Made by a program: the position numbers and the translations under genes. A stretch of DNA of 64,000 nt from Gemmatimonadota bacterium (GTDB lineage Bacteria > Gemmatimonadota > Gemmatimonadetes > Gemmatimonadales > GWC2-71-9): the NCBI GenBank assembly GCA_036679605.1, contig JAZDCZ010000289.1:32001-96000 (forward strand). Direction: 5' to 3'. Below are positions 1-10,433 of the stretch, in pieces; within the stretch, counting starts at the first letter, position 1; each line of letters starts with the position of its first letter. The notes beneath the pieces were generated by a model. That model was not told the origin of the DNA. It made no database searches and was given only the letters and a program-made list of their open reading frames with translations.

Positions 1-1836
1 GGCGATCACTTCGGCCTTGCCGTCTCTGTCTACCCAGACCGGTTCACCACCTCCCGCAACACCACCGCCGGTGGTGTACATCAGGGTCCCGCTGGCGGAC
101 ACGGCGAGGTCCGGCGTCCTGAGAATTCTCAGCGCCACCCCGGCGACGATGGCGGTTGGATCTCCCGATGTGGTCAGGGCGTCCTGATCGAACGGCACGG
201 CCATCAAGGTTCCATCCACCGTCACGTACAGCAGATGCCCCGACTGGGCGTAACGTGCAAAGACGCCACGGACCAGCACCTTGTGATCTCCTGTCGTAAT
301 GTCAGCTACCGCGATGTTCAGTTGGTCAGGCGAGGAGCCATACCCGACCCTGAACAAGACCCCCTTGCCGTTGGGTAGCACCTCGGGGAATAAGTGGTCC
401 CTCTCGCCGCTCGCGGAGTCCAGGTGGGTGAACCACTCAGGCGATCCCCCGGTGGCACGTACGCGCACGAGCGGAGAGGCAGCGGCTCCGTCGGCGTAGA
501 TGAACCCGTCGCGTCCCCACGATCCGCCCGCCCCTCCGACGAGCGAGTCCGTAACCAAGAGCGGTGGTCCGCCTCGGAGTGACACCACCTTGAGGCCACC
601 GCTGGCGAACCCAACGCTTTCTCCATCCGGCGAGAAGAACGGTGACAGTGCACCCTGGGTCCCTGTGAGCAGTGTGGCCTGTAACTGATCTCGGCGGCGC
701 ACCCAGAGCTGTGCCTGACCGGCTTCGTTCTCTCCCGTGTATACGAGACGGGATCCATCAGGTGACAGTGCGATTCCCGCAAAAAAGCTGATTATTCCTT
801 GGCCCGCAGGCAGCGCCATGCTGTATCGCAAGATTGGCTGGGGCGGCTCCGGCCGCAATAAGGACCACGCAACTACGGCCGTCATCAAGACGAAACTCGC
901 CGCAAAACCGATCGTCAGGCGATTCCACAAGGAGCCGCTCGGTGTTTCCAAAGCGGGCGCGACCTGTGTGTTTGGCAGTGCGAACGCCGGGTTGGTAAGT
1001 GCGTCGGCAAACTCCGCCGCGCTGGTAAAGCGATCGGCCGGAGTCTTGTTCAGGGCCTTGTGCACGGCTGCGTCGACGTTGGGAGGAATCGTGGCCCGCT
1101 GTGCTGTCACAGGCTCCGGCTCGGACGAGAGAATCTTAGCGATGATCGCCTGCACCGAGTTACCGAGATGCGGTGGCTCACCGACCAACATCTCGTAGAC
1201 CATCGCGCCGAGCGAATACACGTCACTCCGTGCGTCCAACTCGCGATCGCCCGTCGCCTGTTCGGGACTCATGTAGTGCGGTGTGCCAAGTGACAATCCT
1301 GTCTCGGTGAGGCGGGTACCACCCGCCTGACTCACCGCTAATGCAATGCCAAAATCCGCGACCAGCGCCTGACCATCTTGGATCAGGATGTTCTCCGGTT
1401 TGATGTCGCGATGAATGACATCGTGTCGGTGGGCATAGTCGAGTGCGGCGGCGACGGACTTGGCAATCTCTACGGTCTCGTCCACGCCGAGCTGCTTCTC
1501 GCGATTGAGCTTGTCCCTAAGAGTGTCGCCTTCCACGAGCGGCATCACGTAGTAGAGGTAAGGCCCGGATTTGTCCGGTCCGTACGCTTCGCCCGAGTCA
1601 TATAGCGGGAGAATGTTGGGATGTTGCAGGTTGCCGGTGACTTTGATCTCGTGCAAGAATCGCTCGCCGCCCAAGATGGCAGAGAGTTCGGGCCGCAAGA
1701 GTTTGACGGCGACCTTGCGGTCGTGTTTGATGTCGTGAGCGAGGTAGACGGTTGCCATACCGCCTTCGCCAAGTTGGCGCTTGATGGCGTAATGATCAGA
1801 GAGGGCAGCTTTTAGACGGTCGAGTTGGTCGGACAT
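1..1836 (-). CDS. Hanks-type Ser/Thr protein kinase with TM segment and C-terminal TolB/PD40-like repeats (3' partial, runs off window)
   Basis: Absent from the ORF track because there is no stop in the window. Hand translation from ATG 1836: MSDQLDRLKAALSDHYAIKRQLGEGGMATVYLAHDIKHDRKVAVK, then HRDIKPENIL, DFGIA, GTPHYMSPEQ, and later SPDG-type repeats. Confidence 0.92.
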   Translation of the reverse strand, partial: MSDQLDRLKAALSDHYAIKRQLGEGGMATVYLAHDIKHDRKVAVKLLRPELSAILGGERFLHEIKVTGNLQHPNILPLYDSGEAYGPDKSGPYLYYVMPLVEGDTLRDKLNREKQLGVDETVEIAKSVAAALDYAHRHDVIHRDIKPENILIQDGQALVADFGIALAVSQAGGTRLTETGLSLGTPHYMSPEQATGDRELDARSDVYSLGAMVYEMLVGEPPHLGNSVQAIIAKILSSEPEPVTAQRATIPPNVDAAVHKALNKTPADRFTSAAEFADALTNPAFALPNTQVAPALETPSGSLWNRLTIGFAASFVLMTAVVAWSLLRPEPPQPILRYSMALPAGQGIISFFAGIALSPDGSRLVYTGENEAGQAQLWVRRRDQLQATLLTGTQGALSPFFSPDGESVGFASGGLKVVSLRGGPPLLVTDSLVGGAGGSWGRDGFIYADGAAASPLVRVRATGGSPEWFTHLDSASGERDHLFPEVLPNGKGVLFRVGYGSSPDQLNIAVADITTGDHKVLVRGVFARYAQSGHLLYVTVDGTLMAVPFDQDALTTSGDPTAIVAGVALRILRTPDLAVSASGTLMYTTGGGVAGGGEPVWVDRDGKAEVIA

Positions 1837-1997
1837 TGCCGATCAAGATGTGTCGTAGATGGCTTGGCCGCCAGGACTAGAATGGGGCCACGTGGCCAAT
1901 GTGAGGCAAGGACCATTGGTACGACGGGTGCGGGAAAGTCACTGGTTTGACGTCCCTTACTGTAGGAGTAGCTTTTACAGTGGAGTGGTACCGCCCT

Positions 1998-4823
1998 TTA
2001 GTTCCGGGATACTGGCTGTCTTGGATCTATTCCGAATGTCTCGCTCAGAAAATCCCACCAAGGTTCGATAGCCGACTCTTCCTCCACAATCGGGTACGTC
2101 TCCAGTGCCAAGAGGTGAGCTTCATCGATTCGCTGTAACAGACAAAGCGCGTAGATCCTGAATAGTCTTGCCGTGGGAAAGAGATCTTCGTGTTCCTCCG
2201 CCTCGAGCAGCGGACCTAGCGCCTCACGAAACTTCCGCTCGGAGAATAGGTGCGCCCCGAGTTGGTATTGCCACACCGGAAGGTTCATCTCTTCAGAACT
2301 CAACGTCACTAGGACTCTTTGAGCATCCGAATTACTACCCATGTGCCACAAGGTCGGTGCGTTCAATTTGGACCGGGTCAGGGCAAAGTGCAGGTCCTCG
2401 ATGTTCTTTGTCAGTGGGTGTCCCGATAAGTCGATCAAGTTGTTGATGATGCGTTGCAAATCAAAGTAGGGAAGAGTTCTGGCTATGAGCGGTTGCGGCC
2501 AGAGTCGGTCGATGAGAGGACTTTCTGCAAAGCGTGCTCGAGCTGAGTCGGTTTCCATCAGAGTTACGAAAAGATTACTCGAGTTCCGTCCGAGCGCAGA
2601 GTCTGAGAGAATGCGCTTGGGAAAGTTGTCCACCAGCGGGAGATCATCGCGCGCAATCTCCTTCAAGTAGGCTGCATCTCCAATGAAGAGGGCACCTAGC
2701 TGCTCCGGCCTCTCTAGTCCTAAGGCCTTCATTTCATCGGCCACCAAGGGTTCTTGCCATTGACGCTCGAATCGATCTGTCGGTACGGGACCTTGCGCGT
2801 TCCGCGTGCCGACTAACATCAGATCCTCACGCCATCCGTGCCACAAGGAAGCGTCCGGGAAGGTTTCTAAGAACGCTTTGATAATCGCTCTTGCACTTTC
2901 GTCACCTAGTGAGTGCAACGGCAGCCAATAGGTGACGATGCCTCCGTCGTTCAACCTGTCGCGCATCAACTGGAAATACTCGCGTGTGTAAAGGTTGACG
3001 ACGCCGACCATTTGCGGGGGCGGTGGCTCGCCGGTAATCAAGTCGAAAGTTCTATCGGTCGTTTGCAGGAAGTATCGTCCGTCTTCGATGTGTACCCTGA
3101 CACGAGGATCGTTTAATGGGTTGTCACTCGGGTTGGGGAAAACGATGGAGTTCATCTCCAGCACATCTCTGGAGATGTCGACTACGTCGATCTCTTCGAA
3201 AGAGTCTGTTTGGGTGAGGGCCTTGGCAGTGGAGCCCACGCCATAGCTAACGAGCAGTGCGCGCCGGGGGTTTGGGTGAATGGCAACGGGCAAGTACACG
3301 TACAATTTCATGTAGCGGCGCGAGTGAAAGGCGGTGGACGACATGGAAAGCGAGTTGGTCACCAGTCGGAGGTGTTGCCGCTTCTTGAATAGGAGTTCTT
3401 CCACGTAGAGAATGGTTTCGGAGATACCCTCCCGATAACCAACGACGTGCCACTGGCGACCACCGGACCAGCGCCCTGCCGCACTCATCAGATGTTGACT
3501 CAACATCGATCCGAACGGAAACAGAGCTAGGCTCAACAGAAAAACTCCGGTGATAGGATACAGAACTCGGCGCGGTGCCCGGCATTGCGTGAACACGAGA
3601 AGTCCGATTGCACCGTAGAGCAACGACAGCAGAAAAAACGAAACTTCCATTCCAAACAGCGGAAGCAGGAAGAATCCGCCGGCAAAGGCTCCAATGGCTG
3701 CTCCGGTGGTATTGGCAAGTGTGAGTATGCCTGTCGTCGTCGTGGCCGACGGACATTCCTTTCTGAGAGCCGAGCCGACAACCGTGAACAAAACACCCGA
3801 CAAGAAAGACACAGGGAACATGAGCGGAATCGAAACTTTCAGAACGGGGAAGAGACCCGTGATCGAACTGCGCCCAAATGGTTCAATGATCTGGGGAAAG
3901 AGAGCGTAGGTGGCTGTGCACAGCAGCCCAGACGCTAAAGCAAGCGCGACTGTGTAACGATGACAGTCAGGGTCTATCCGAAGCCAGAAGGATGCGAAAA
4001 GCCCGCCGAGTGAAATTCCTGCAAGCGCGACCGCCAACATCACGGCGAAGGAAAGCGAAGTGCCGGTGACGAAGAGCAGAAGGAAGCGAAGCCAGACCAC
4101 CTCCAGTGCCAAGAGCGCCAATCCGGAGAAAAATGCGGCACCGAGCCAGACTTTGGCGCCGCTCCAGTTAAAGGAATGAATCTCTCTTCCAATAATCGAT
4201 GTGTCTCTTGGGGGGAGCGATTTTGACACAAGCACTGCGCCGCCTGCGGCGATCATATTCAATGAACCCGCAGCGACAGCCGAGCCATGGATTCCCAGCG
4301 CCCCTACCAAGTAGATCTCCGCCAGGACAGCTCCCACGACTGCACCAAGGGTGTTCCATCCGTAAAGTCTTCCGAGAACTCGACCGAAGTTTCGGTCGGC
4401 CATCACTAGGGCTTTCGTCAACAGAGGCAGGGTCAACCCCATCGCTGTAGACGGAACAAGCAGGAAGACGAACGCAAGAACGAGTCTCATTGAGTTCATG
4501 ACCCACGGTTGCGCGCTGAACGGATTGAGCAACGGTGTCACTAGCAACCCGAGCGATGGCAGAAGAAATACAAGCACTACACCCGAGATCGAAATGACGA
4601 TTTCCAGAACGGCGTAGGCGCGGATCGGCGGACCCAGGCGATCACCCTTCCGAACTGCAGCGGCACTTCCGAGGGCAAGTCCGCCCATGAAACCCGAGAG
4701 AACCAGACTCGAAGCCCACACGCTGTTTCCGAAAGCCAGACCGGCCTGATGGAACCACAGCGTCTCGAAGATCAGGGCCGAGGTCCCGGAGATGAAGAAA
4801 ATGGCACAAAGGAAAAGCGTCAT
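1998..4823 (-). CDS. fused multi-pass membrane domain / spermidine synthase-like (SAM-fold) protein
   Basis: 941 aa. N-terminal ~13 hydrophobic segments (FISGTSALIFETLW, LYGWNTLGAVVG). C-terminal SpeE-like motifs ALLVSYGVGST, VDIS, IEDGRYFL, FDLITGEPP, NLYTREYF. Confidence 0.88.
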   Translation of the reverse strand: MTLFLCAIFFISGTSALIFETLWFHQAGLAFGNSVWASSLVLSGFMGGLALGSAAAVRKGDRLGPPIRAYAVLEIVISISGVVLVFLLPSLGLLVTPLLNPFSAQPWVMNSMRLVLAFVFLLVPSTAMGLTLPLLTKALVMADRNFGRVLGRLYGWNTLGAVVGAVLAEIYLVGALGIHGSAVAAGSLNMIAAGGAVLVSKSLPPRDTSIIGREIHSFNWSGAKVWLGAAFFSGLALLALEVVWLRFLLLFVTGTSLSFAVMLAVALAGISLGGLFASFWLRIDPDCHRYTVALALASGLLCTATYALFPQIIEPFGRSSITGLFPVLKVSIPLMFPVSFLSGVLFTVVGSALRKECPSATTTTGILTLANTTGAAIGAFAGGFFLLPLFGMEVSFFLLSLLYGAIGLLVFTQCRAPRRVLYPITGVFLLSLALFPFGSMLSQHLMSAAGRWSGGRQWHVVGYREGISETILYVEELLFKKRQHLRLVTNSLSMSSTAFHSRRYMKLYVYLPVAIHPNPRRALLVSYGVGSTAKALTQTDSFEEIDVVDISRDVLEMNSIVFPNPSDNPLNDPRVRVHIEDGRYFLQTTDRTFDLITGEPPPPQMVGVVNLYTREYFQLMRDRLNDGGIVTYWLPLHSLGDESARAIIKAFLETFPDASLWHGWREDLMLVGTRNAQGPVPTDRFERQWQEPLVADEMKALGLERPEQLGALFIGDAAYLKEIARDDLPLVDNFPKRILSDSALGRNSSNLFVTLMETDSARARFAESPLIDRLWPQPLIARTLPYFDLQRIINNLIDLSGHPLTKNIEDLHFALTRSKLNAPTLWHMGSNSDAQRVLVTLSSEEMNLPVWQYQLGAHLFSERKFREALGPLLEAEEHEDLFPTARLFRIYALCLLQRIDEAHLLALETYPIVEEESAIEPWWDFLSETFGIDPRQPVSRN

Positions 4824-4839
4824 GTGATAGGAAGAGCGG

Positions 4840-5142
4840 TTATTCGACGACCGGAGTCGGCTCCATCTTGCGGGCGCCGGTGTGGACGATGGCGAAGGTG
4901 ACGACTACGTACACGAGCAGGTGGGTAGCCATCCCCGCGATAAACAGCCAACGCCATCCACCACCGAGCAGCAACAGAATCACCAACGTTACACCGGGCC
5001 AGCCGAGCACACGCCGCAGCACCACCGGCCAGGCAGTGCTGATGGTGTACCAGAGGTCGATCACGCTGTAGAGGCCGGCCAAAAGCCTGATACCAAGGAA
5101 GAGTCCGGCTAAAAATATGATCACCGCATACAGAACACTCAT
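4840..5142 (-). CDS. small hypothetical membrane protein
   Basis: 100 aa, three hydrophobic segments, sits between two co-oriented genes with short gaps. Confidence 0.7.
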   Translation of the reverse strand: MSVLYAVIIFLAGLFLGIRLLAGLYSVIDLWYTISTAWPVVLRRVLGWPGVTLVILLLLGGGWRWLFIAGMATHLLVYVVVTFAIVHTGARKMEPTPVVE

Positions 5143-5156
5143 CTACATCTTCTCCG

Positions 5157-7856
5157 TCACGAAAGAATTCGCACTACGCCGGCATCGCCGTCGACGAAGA
5201 GACGATCACCGGTCGTGATCCTACTACTGCACTCGGTTACATCCACGACACATGGCAGGCCGTACTCCCTAGCTACCGTCCCGGCGTGCGAGAGAAAGCT
5301 GCCCACCTCAACCACGGCCGCTCCAGCGGTCAGAAACAGTGGAGTCCAGGCCGGGTCGGTATATGGCGCAACGAGGATCTCGCCCGGTCTCAATTCGATA
5401 TCAATGGCGGGGTCCAGGATCACGCGAGCAATGCCCTCGCAACATCCCGGGCTGGCAGATTGCCCCCGTAGCACGGTTCCGTCATGTTCCGCTGTCGCTA
5501 CCGGCGTTGTTCGCTCGATGCCGATCATCCGCGGCGGAGTAATCTTCGATAGCCTCACGTGCTCTCGTCGCCGCTCGGCGATCCGGCCCTCCACGTCGGT
5601 CCACTCTAGACCACCGTCGTTGAGCTTCTCGATTTCACCCCAATCGAGGTAGAAGATATCGTCCCGACACTTGAGACGGCCCTCGTCAATCAATTGCGCT
5701 TCGAGTCGCAAGATCTTCTTCCGTACTATGTGAGCGCCCATCACCCAATAGAAGCGCGAGTTCTCCCGCAGAGTGGCGAAGTACTTCACCCGATTCGTCA
5801 CGTAGCGGATCAGGCGCGTGCGCAGTCCCAACGCACGCTCGAGTGGTTTCTCTCTCAGTCGGTTCTCGATTGTCCGGACCAGATCCGCTCTCTTGTCAGC
5901 GACCTTTCTCTCGTGCTCGGCGGGGTCGGTTTCCGCCAGTAGGTAGTTGCGAATCATTCCCAGCACCGGCGCAGGGTCTTCCTCCCATCGTGGCGACTTG
6001 AACTCGAACTCCTTTAACGCCCTATGTCCGAACTTTGCCAGAAACGTGTCGAGTTCCGCGACGAAGTGGGACGCCTCCGACGCACGCCGCAACATTGGAA
6101 GCACTCTATCCGGCTGATGTTTCGTGAGCAGTCGCTGCACTGTTTCGTTTCCTTTCGCCTCCATCGCGAGCGACCAGATTCGACGGCCGGTCTCCGCCGA
6201 CAACACCCCTTTGTTACCCGAAGTCAGCAGGCCCAGAGCGTCGGGCGGGAGATCAGGTAGATAGCGATGCAGGATTTTCTTGAGCAATCCGAACCACGCC
6301 ATATAGCGCGACGCAGAGGTGTTCATTAACAGGACCTGGTTCCCGAGTGGCGCGAACAAGGTCTTTAGCAGCGACGATCCGAAGAACAGTGCGCGCATCG
6401 TCTCGCGCACTCCAAGGTTAGGGTCGCTATCGACTCTCTCTGCGATACGCCGGAATCCGTCCATGGAATCGGTAGGTAGATTCGCACTCCTGGCGAAAGT
6501 GTTGGCATACATCAGGTAGATCGCGAGCAGGAACAGGGCGGTCAGCGGCAGTCGGACCAGGGAGACCTTGAACTTGGCTGGAACACCTTCGAAGCTCAGG
6601 TAGAGAAGCTGCGCCAGTTGTTCGTCGGTGAGTTGGAAAGGAACGAAAGGTCTTACTTTGCTCACGTCGACATACAATCGTCCACCGATCATCAATATGG
6701 CGCCGGCCACAGGTCCCTGAACCCAGAGGTTTGCCGAGAGCGGCGTTAGCGGATCGGTGAAGTTCTCGATCAGAGGTTTGAAGGCGACATATTTCCCTCC
6801 GCCCTCATTTTTGCAGAAGGTCTTGCGCCCCGCAACGGTTATGGGACGGGACTGCAGCAGGTAAACCTCTCCGTCCGCGATCGCCCATTCGACATCTTGC
6901 GGAGCACCGAAGTGCTCTTCGGCCCTGATTGCCAGTCGTGCGATTGTGGTCGCGAGTTCTGCTGACAGGGTTTGGGCGTGCTGCTGCGAAAAGCGAACCT
7001 GTCTTATTCTGCCAGTAGGATCCTCATGCATGCTTGTCGAAACCCGGAAGCGTTTTTGTGCGATCCTCCTTTCCGTGAGTTTGAGTCCGGCGCGTTGCAG
7101 CACGTATCGATCGGGCGTAACACGTCCGTCGACGATAGCGGCGCCCATGCCCCAACTCGACTCGGTGATAATTTCGTCGCGAGCGCCGGTTACAGGATTC
7201 ACGGTGAAGGTCACGCCGGAGATTTCAGAGGGAATCATCTCTTGCACGACGACCGCCATGTAGGTGGAGGCGTGATCGATTCCTTGCGTGACCCGATAGC
7301 TCACTGCCTCCGCACTCCACAGAGATGCCCAGCAGTTCTTGATCATGGGAATCAAGCTGATCTCGTCTACGTAGTAGTAGGTGCCGTGCTGTCCGGCGAA
7401 GCTAGCCTCTTCCGAGTCTTCGGAGGTGGCCGAGCTGCGTACGGCGCAAACCACCGCTGATCCGCACTCGTCCAGCAACCGCCGGTGCGCCGACAGGATC
7501 AAATTTTCCAGATCAACTGGAATGTCTGCAGTGCGGATTCTCCCGGCGATCGCTGCGTAGCATGCTTGACCCGCCGCCGCTGAAGCGTCCTCGCTCGGCT
7601 GCGCATCGACTCCGGCCCGGGACGCATCGCTGAGCACGGAAAGATCCTCGGCGAGATTGATCGAAGCGAAGAATTCCTCGCAGGCAGGGGCCGTGACCAC
7701 GAACCCGGGCGGGACGGGGAAGCCGTTTGCGATCATCTCGCCGAGATTGGCACCCTTACCGCCTGCCAGGGCGATGTCGGCCCGTCTTACATCCTTGAGC
7801 CAGAGCACGCTAGCGTTGTGAATTGTGTGTCTCCGGTGAATGGCACCGTCAAACAT
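5157..7856 (-). CDS. PEP-utilising enzyme, rifampin phosphotransferase/PigC-type architecture (ATP-grasp, substrate domain, His swivel)
   Basis: GGKGANLGEM, AVRSSATSEDSEEASFAGQH, DVEWAI...LLQSRPIT at the N-terminus. C-terminal ILVAPYTDPAWTPLF and GSFLSHAGTVAREYGLP. No C-terminal PEP/pyruvate TIM barrel. Confidence 0.85.
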   Translation of the reverse strand: MFDGAIHRRHTIHNASVLWLKDVRRADIALAGGKGANLGEMIANGFPVPPGFVVTAPACEEFFASINLAEDLSVLSDASRAGVDAQPSEDASAAAGQACYAAIAGRIRTADIPVDLENLILSAHRRLLDECGSAVVCAVRSSATSEDSEEASFAGQHGTYYYVDEISLIPMIKNCWASLWSAEAVSYRVTQGIDHASTYMAVVVQEMIPSEISGVTFTVNPVTGARDEIITESSWGMGAAIVDGRVTPDRYVLQRAGLKLTERRIAQKRFRVSTSMHEDPTGRIRQVRFSQQHAQTLSAELATTIARLAIRAEEHFGAPQDVEWAIADGEVYLLQSRPITVAGRKTFCKNEGGGKYVAFKPLIENFTDPLTPLSANLWVQGPVAGAILMIGGRLYVDVSKVRPFVPFQLTDEQLAQLLYLSFEGVPAKFKVSLVRLPLTALFLLAIYLMYANTFARSANLPTDSMDGFRRIAERVDSDPNLGVRETMRALFFGSSLLKTLFAPLGNQVLLMNTSASRYMAWFGLLKKILHRYLPDLPPDALGLLTSGNKGVLSAETGRRIWSLAMEAKGNETVQRLLTKHQPDRVLPMLRRASEASHFVAELDTFLAKFGHRALKEFEFKSPRWEEDPAPVLGMIRNYLLAETDPAEHERKVADKRADLVRTIENRLREKPLERALGLRTRLIRYVTNRVKYFATLRENSRFYWVMGAHIVRKKILRLEAQLIDEGRLKCRDDIFYLDWGEIEKLNDGGLEWTDVEGRIAERRREHVRLSKITPPRMIGIERTTPVATAEHDGTVLRGQSASPGCCEGIARVILDPAIDIELRPGEILVAPYTDPAWTPLFLTAGAAVVEVGSFLSHAGTVAREYGLPCVVDVTECSSRITTGDRLFVDGDAGVVRILS

Positions 7857-8041
7857 GTCGTTGGGAGCAAGGGAGGGCCAGCACGGAGCCCGAGGTCTCA
7901 GCGTCTAACCGTTATCGTATCGGCGTTGGCTGCATCCCGCGGGAGACGCGACGCAGGTGAATTCGATAGTCGGCGGCCGCTTGTTCGCGTCACCGCGGAG
8001 CGGCTTCTCGAGGACTCCGCCAAAGAGTAGGACTTTGAGTA

Positions 8042-8794
8042 CTAGGGATTCGCCTCAATAGGTAGATCGAGCGTGGCTGTTTGCCCTTCGCTGACAGTGA
8101 CAGTCTTCTCCACCGTCCCCAAACCCTCGTGCCAAATCCGTACGGTATATGTACCCGCCGGAACACCAGAGATTGAATAGTGCCCGCTCTCGTCGCTGGT
8201 GGCATAAAACTGATTGTCATGGACAACTACATAGGACAGCATCCACGGATGGACGTCGCACTCGATCTGGTAGACGCCCGGCCTGCGGAGTCGTCTTTGA
8301 GTCGACATCGGTGATGCCGGATCTTTAGAAGCAGGTTGTGCAATGTTGAACATTGTTCCCCGAGCTTCATCCCGCAACAGATATCCGTGCACATTGTGCA
8401 GCGTGCGGTCTTTGTTTGTTAATGTGAGATTGGCACCGCTCGTGGCCACTTGAACATGGGGGACATATACGCAGTCACTCTGTTCTATCGTGATCGCAGT
8501 TGCCTCAGGTTTTTCTCCAACCCCTTCCAAAAGAATCACCACGTTTTTCAGACCCTTATTCTCAGTAGACACAACAAATTCTTCTGACAGCTTGGAATTG
8601 CCACAAATTTGAGGATCTTTGGAAACTCTTATTTTTTCCGGTTCGGGAGGAGTCCCCTTAAAGAATATTCGGCCTTCGATTTTCCCGCCGGCAATCGTTG
8701 GTGGATGTTCAACGTGCTCTCGAGGAAGAGCAAGAAGAATCGTCAGGCTCATCAACGGGGCTGACACAAGCAACAATGGCTTGGGAAATCTCAT
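8042..8794 (-). CDS. secreted cupredoxin-like / carboxypeptidase-regulatory-like domain protein
   Basis: Signal-like N-terminus. HNVH plus CDVHPWM (His/Cys/His/Met copper-type ligand set). C-terminal VPAGTYTVRIWHE beta-sandwich. Confidence 0.8.
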   Translation of the reverse strand: MRFPKPLLLVSAPLMSLTILLALPREHVEHPPTIAGGKIEGRIFFKGTPPEPEKIRVSKDPQICGNSKLSEEFVVSTENKGLKNVVILLEGVGEKPEATAITIEQSDCVYVPHVQVATSGANLTLTNKDRTLHNVHGYLLRDEARGTMFNIAQPASKDPASPMSTQRRLRRPGVYQIECDVHPWMLSYVVVHDNQFYATSDESGHYSISGVPAGTYTVRIWHEGLGTVEKTVTVSEGQTATLDLPIEANP

Positions 8795-9846
8795 TGGTTT
8801 ACTCCAAAACGGAATTTTCTTTTCTTGGGAGCAATGCTCTCTAGGTACTCATACACGTAGCTTGCCTCTTGTTCCGTCATCGCTCCCCTCCAGGACGGAG
8901 ATGCCAGCGGGTTTGGGCCGGATGGATCTAGTTTTGCCGGCTGCTTTCCAGAGAGTATGACATCAACGATCTCTTCCTTCGTCATGTTCCGCGCCGTCTT
9001 AGTAAGCGGAGGAATCATCTCGTTGGCGGTATTTATGTTCTTATGTCCGCCTTCGCCGTTTTGACCATGACAGCCATCGCAGCCGAACCGGCGGTATATC
9101 ATTTCCCCAATCTCGCGTGGACGGCTGTCCAAGATAAAAATGACATTGCCCTCCCATCGTTTTGCCTCTTCGTTTTTCTCACCCTGAAGCGAGTGGAGAT
9201 AACTGACCAAAGCTCCTGTTTCAGGTCCGGATAGATGGAAATTGGGCATGAAGGTATTGGGCTTGTACGCTGCTGGATCCGTGAGCCATTCCTGTTCCCA
9301 CTCTTCGGTCTTGCGCTTGCCCAGCCAAGTGAGGTTGGGTCCAACAAATCGGCCTTCACTTCCGATTCTGTGGCAGGCGAGGCAGTCCTTTGTCTTGAAT
9401 ATTTCCTCACCCTTCTGAACCTGAGATAAGGAACTATTCGCGAGGATCGACTCGGTTTCAGTATCTCGTTTCATTTCCTTTATTACGGAAACAACCTCGT
9501 CCAATTCGGCAGGAGAGAACTGAAAATTGGGCATCTTTGTTCCGTCTTTTACCGCATTGGGATCCTTCAGCCACTCTCTGAGCCACGGTTCCGTTCGCCT
9601 ATTGCCGACTTGATCCAGTTTGGGACCAACCGTCCCTCCCCTTTCTGCAACGGAATGGCACGTAGTACACTGCTTTTCCACGACAATGGAATTGTTGAGA
9701 AAGGCATTCGCTGCAGCGGCCTGGCTGGGAGAAGATGATGTACTGCGACTACCTCCCCCGGCAGATGAGCAGGAAGTGCCCAACAGCAGGAGTGGCCCAA
9801 AAAGCAGGCCACTCGCGCACAAATTAAGGAAATTTCCCTTGATCAT
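8791..9846 (-). CDS. triheme c-type cytochrome lipoprotein
   Basis: Lipobox LGTSC. CTTCH, CLACH and CDGCH; the first two domains are repeats with GP.L...G and distal MPNF. ATGA overlaps with both neighbours. Confidence 0.9.
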   Translation of the reverse strand: MIKGNFLNLCASGLLFGPLLLLGTSCSSAGGGSRSTSSSPSQAAAANAFLNNSIVVEKQCTTCHSVAERGGTVGPKLDQVGNRRTEPWLREWLKDPNAVKDGTKMPNFQFSPAELDEVVSVIKEMKRDTETESILANSSLSQVQKGEEIFKTKDCLACHRIGSEGRFVGPNLTWLGKRKTEEWEQEWLTDPAAYKPNTFMPNFHLSGPETGALVSYLHSLQGEKNEEAKRWEGNVIFILDSRPREIGEMIYRRFGCDGCHGQNGEGGHKNINTANEMIPPLTKTARNMTKEEIVDVILSGKQPAKLDPSGPNPLASPSWRGAMTEQEASYVYEYLESIAPKKRKFRFGVNQ

Positions 9847-10394
9847 TTGTTTCCGACTTCTACTTCATCACCGTTGCTAAGGCTTGTTACGTACTTTGCC
9901 AGATAATACGACTCAGGGCTGTTCAAAGGCAGTCGCTTACCCTTCATAAACATCCGAATACAGTTGTTGTCCATCATTTGTAGCGTGATGACTTCGTCGT
10001 TAGGCACTTTATATTTTGGGAAGCGTGCCGCCGCTCCGACTAGCGAGGGAATAGGGAGCTTGTACGGACCGTGCCCCATCTTCTTGGCAATTTCTGCTTC
10101 TCCGCCGGTCGTCGCACCACCAGGATGACAAGAATTGCAGGTCTGGCCATTCTTACCCAAGCTGGCGTCGTTAAACAAATCCTTACCCAAGTCCATGGCC
10201 CTTTTTTCCGCAGCCATCATATGCTGTTGGCGGGCTTGCATATCCATACCCATTACTGCATTCATATTCCCGAGTGATTCTTCCATGTTGCCCTTTGCCA
10301 CCTGGCCGTGGAGTTCAGGCTTGTGACGTGACACCGACCCACATCCCACAACGAGTGTCAGTAACGGCAAGACCATCATCCTCTTTCCCTTCAT
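9843..10394 (-). CDS. monoheme c-type cytochrome lipoprotein, SoxA/TsdA-like fold
   Basis: Start moved to ATG 10394 (GAGGAGG RBS). Lipobox LVVGC, CNSCH, then AAARFPKY..VITL...NNCIRMFM.G...LSNG. Confidence 0.82.
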   Translation of the reverse strand: MKGKRMMVLPLLTLVVGCGSVSRHKPELHGQVAKGNMEESLGNMNAVMGMDMQARQQHMMAAEKRAMDLGKDLFNDASLGKNGQTCNSCHPGGATTGGEAEIAKKMGHGPYKLPIPSLVGAAARFPKYKVPNDEVITLQMMDNNCIRMFMKGKRLPLNSPESYYLAKYVTSLSNGDEVEVGNK

Positions 10395-10433
10395 TATGTC
10401 CTCCTCACTTAAGCGCAAACGAGAAATGAATAA

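Noticed and set aside
299..1815. Short track ORFs at the left edge
   Set aside because: Shadows of the minus-strand kinase that runs off the window.
5157..7856. PEP synthase (ppsA) or pyruvate phosphate dikinase call
   Set aside because: The His domain is C-terminal and the pyruvate-binding barrel is absent.
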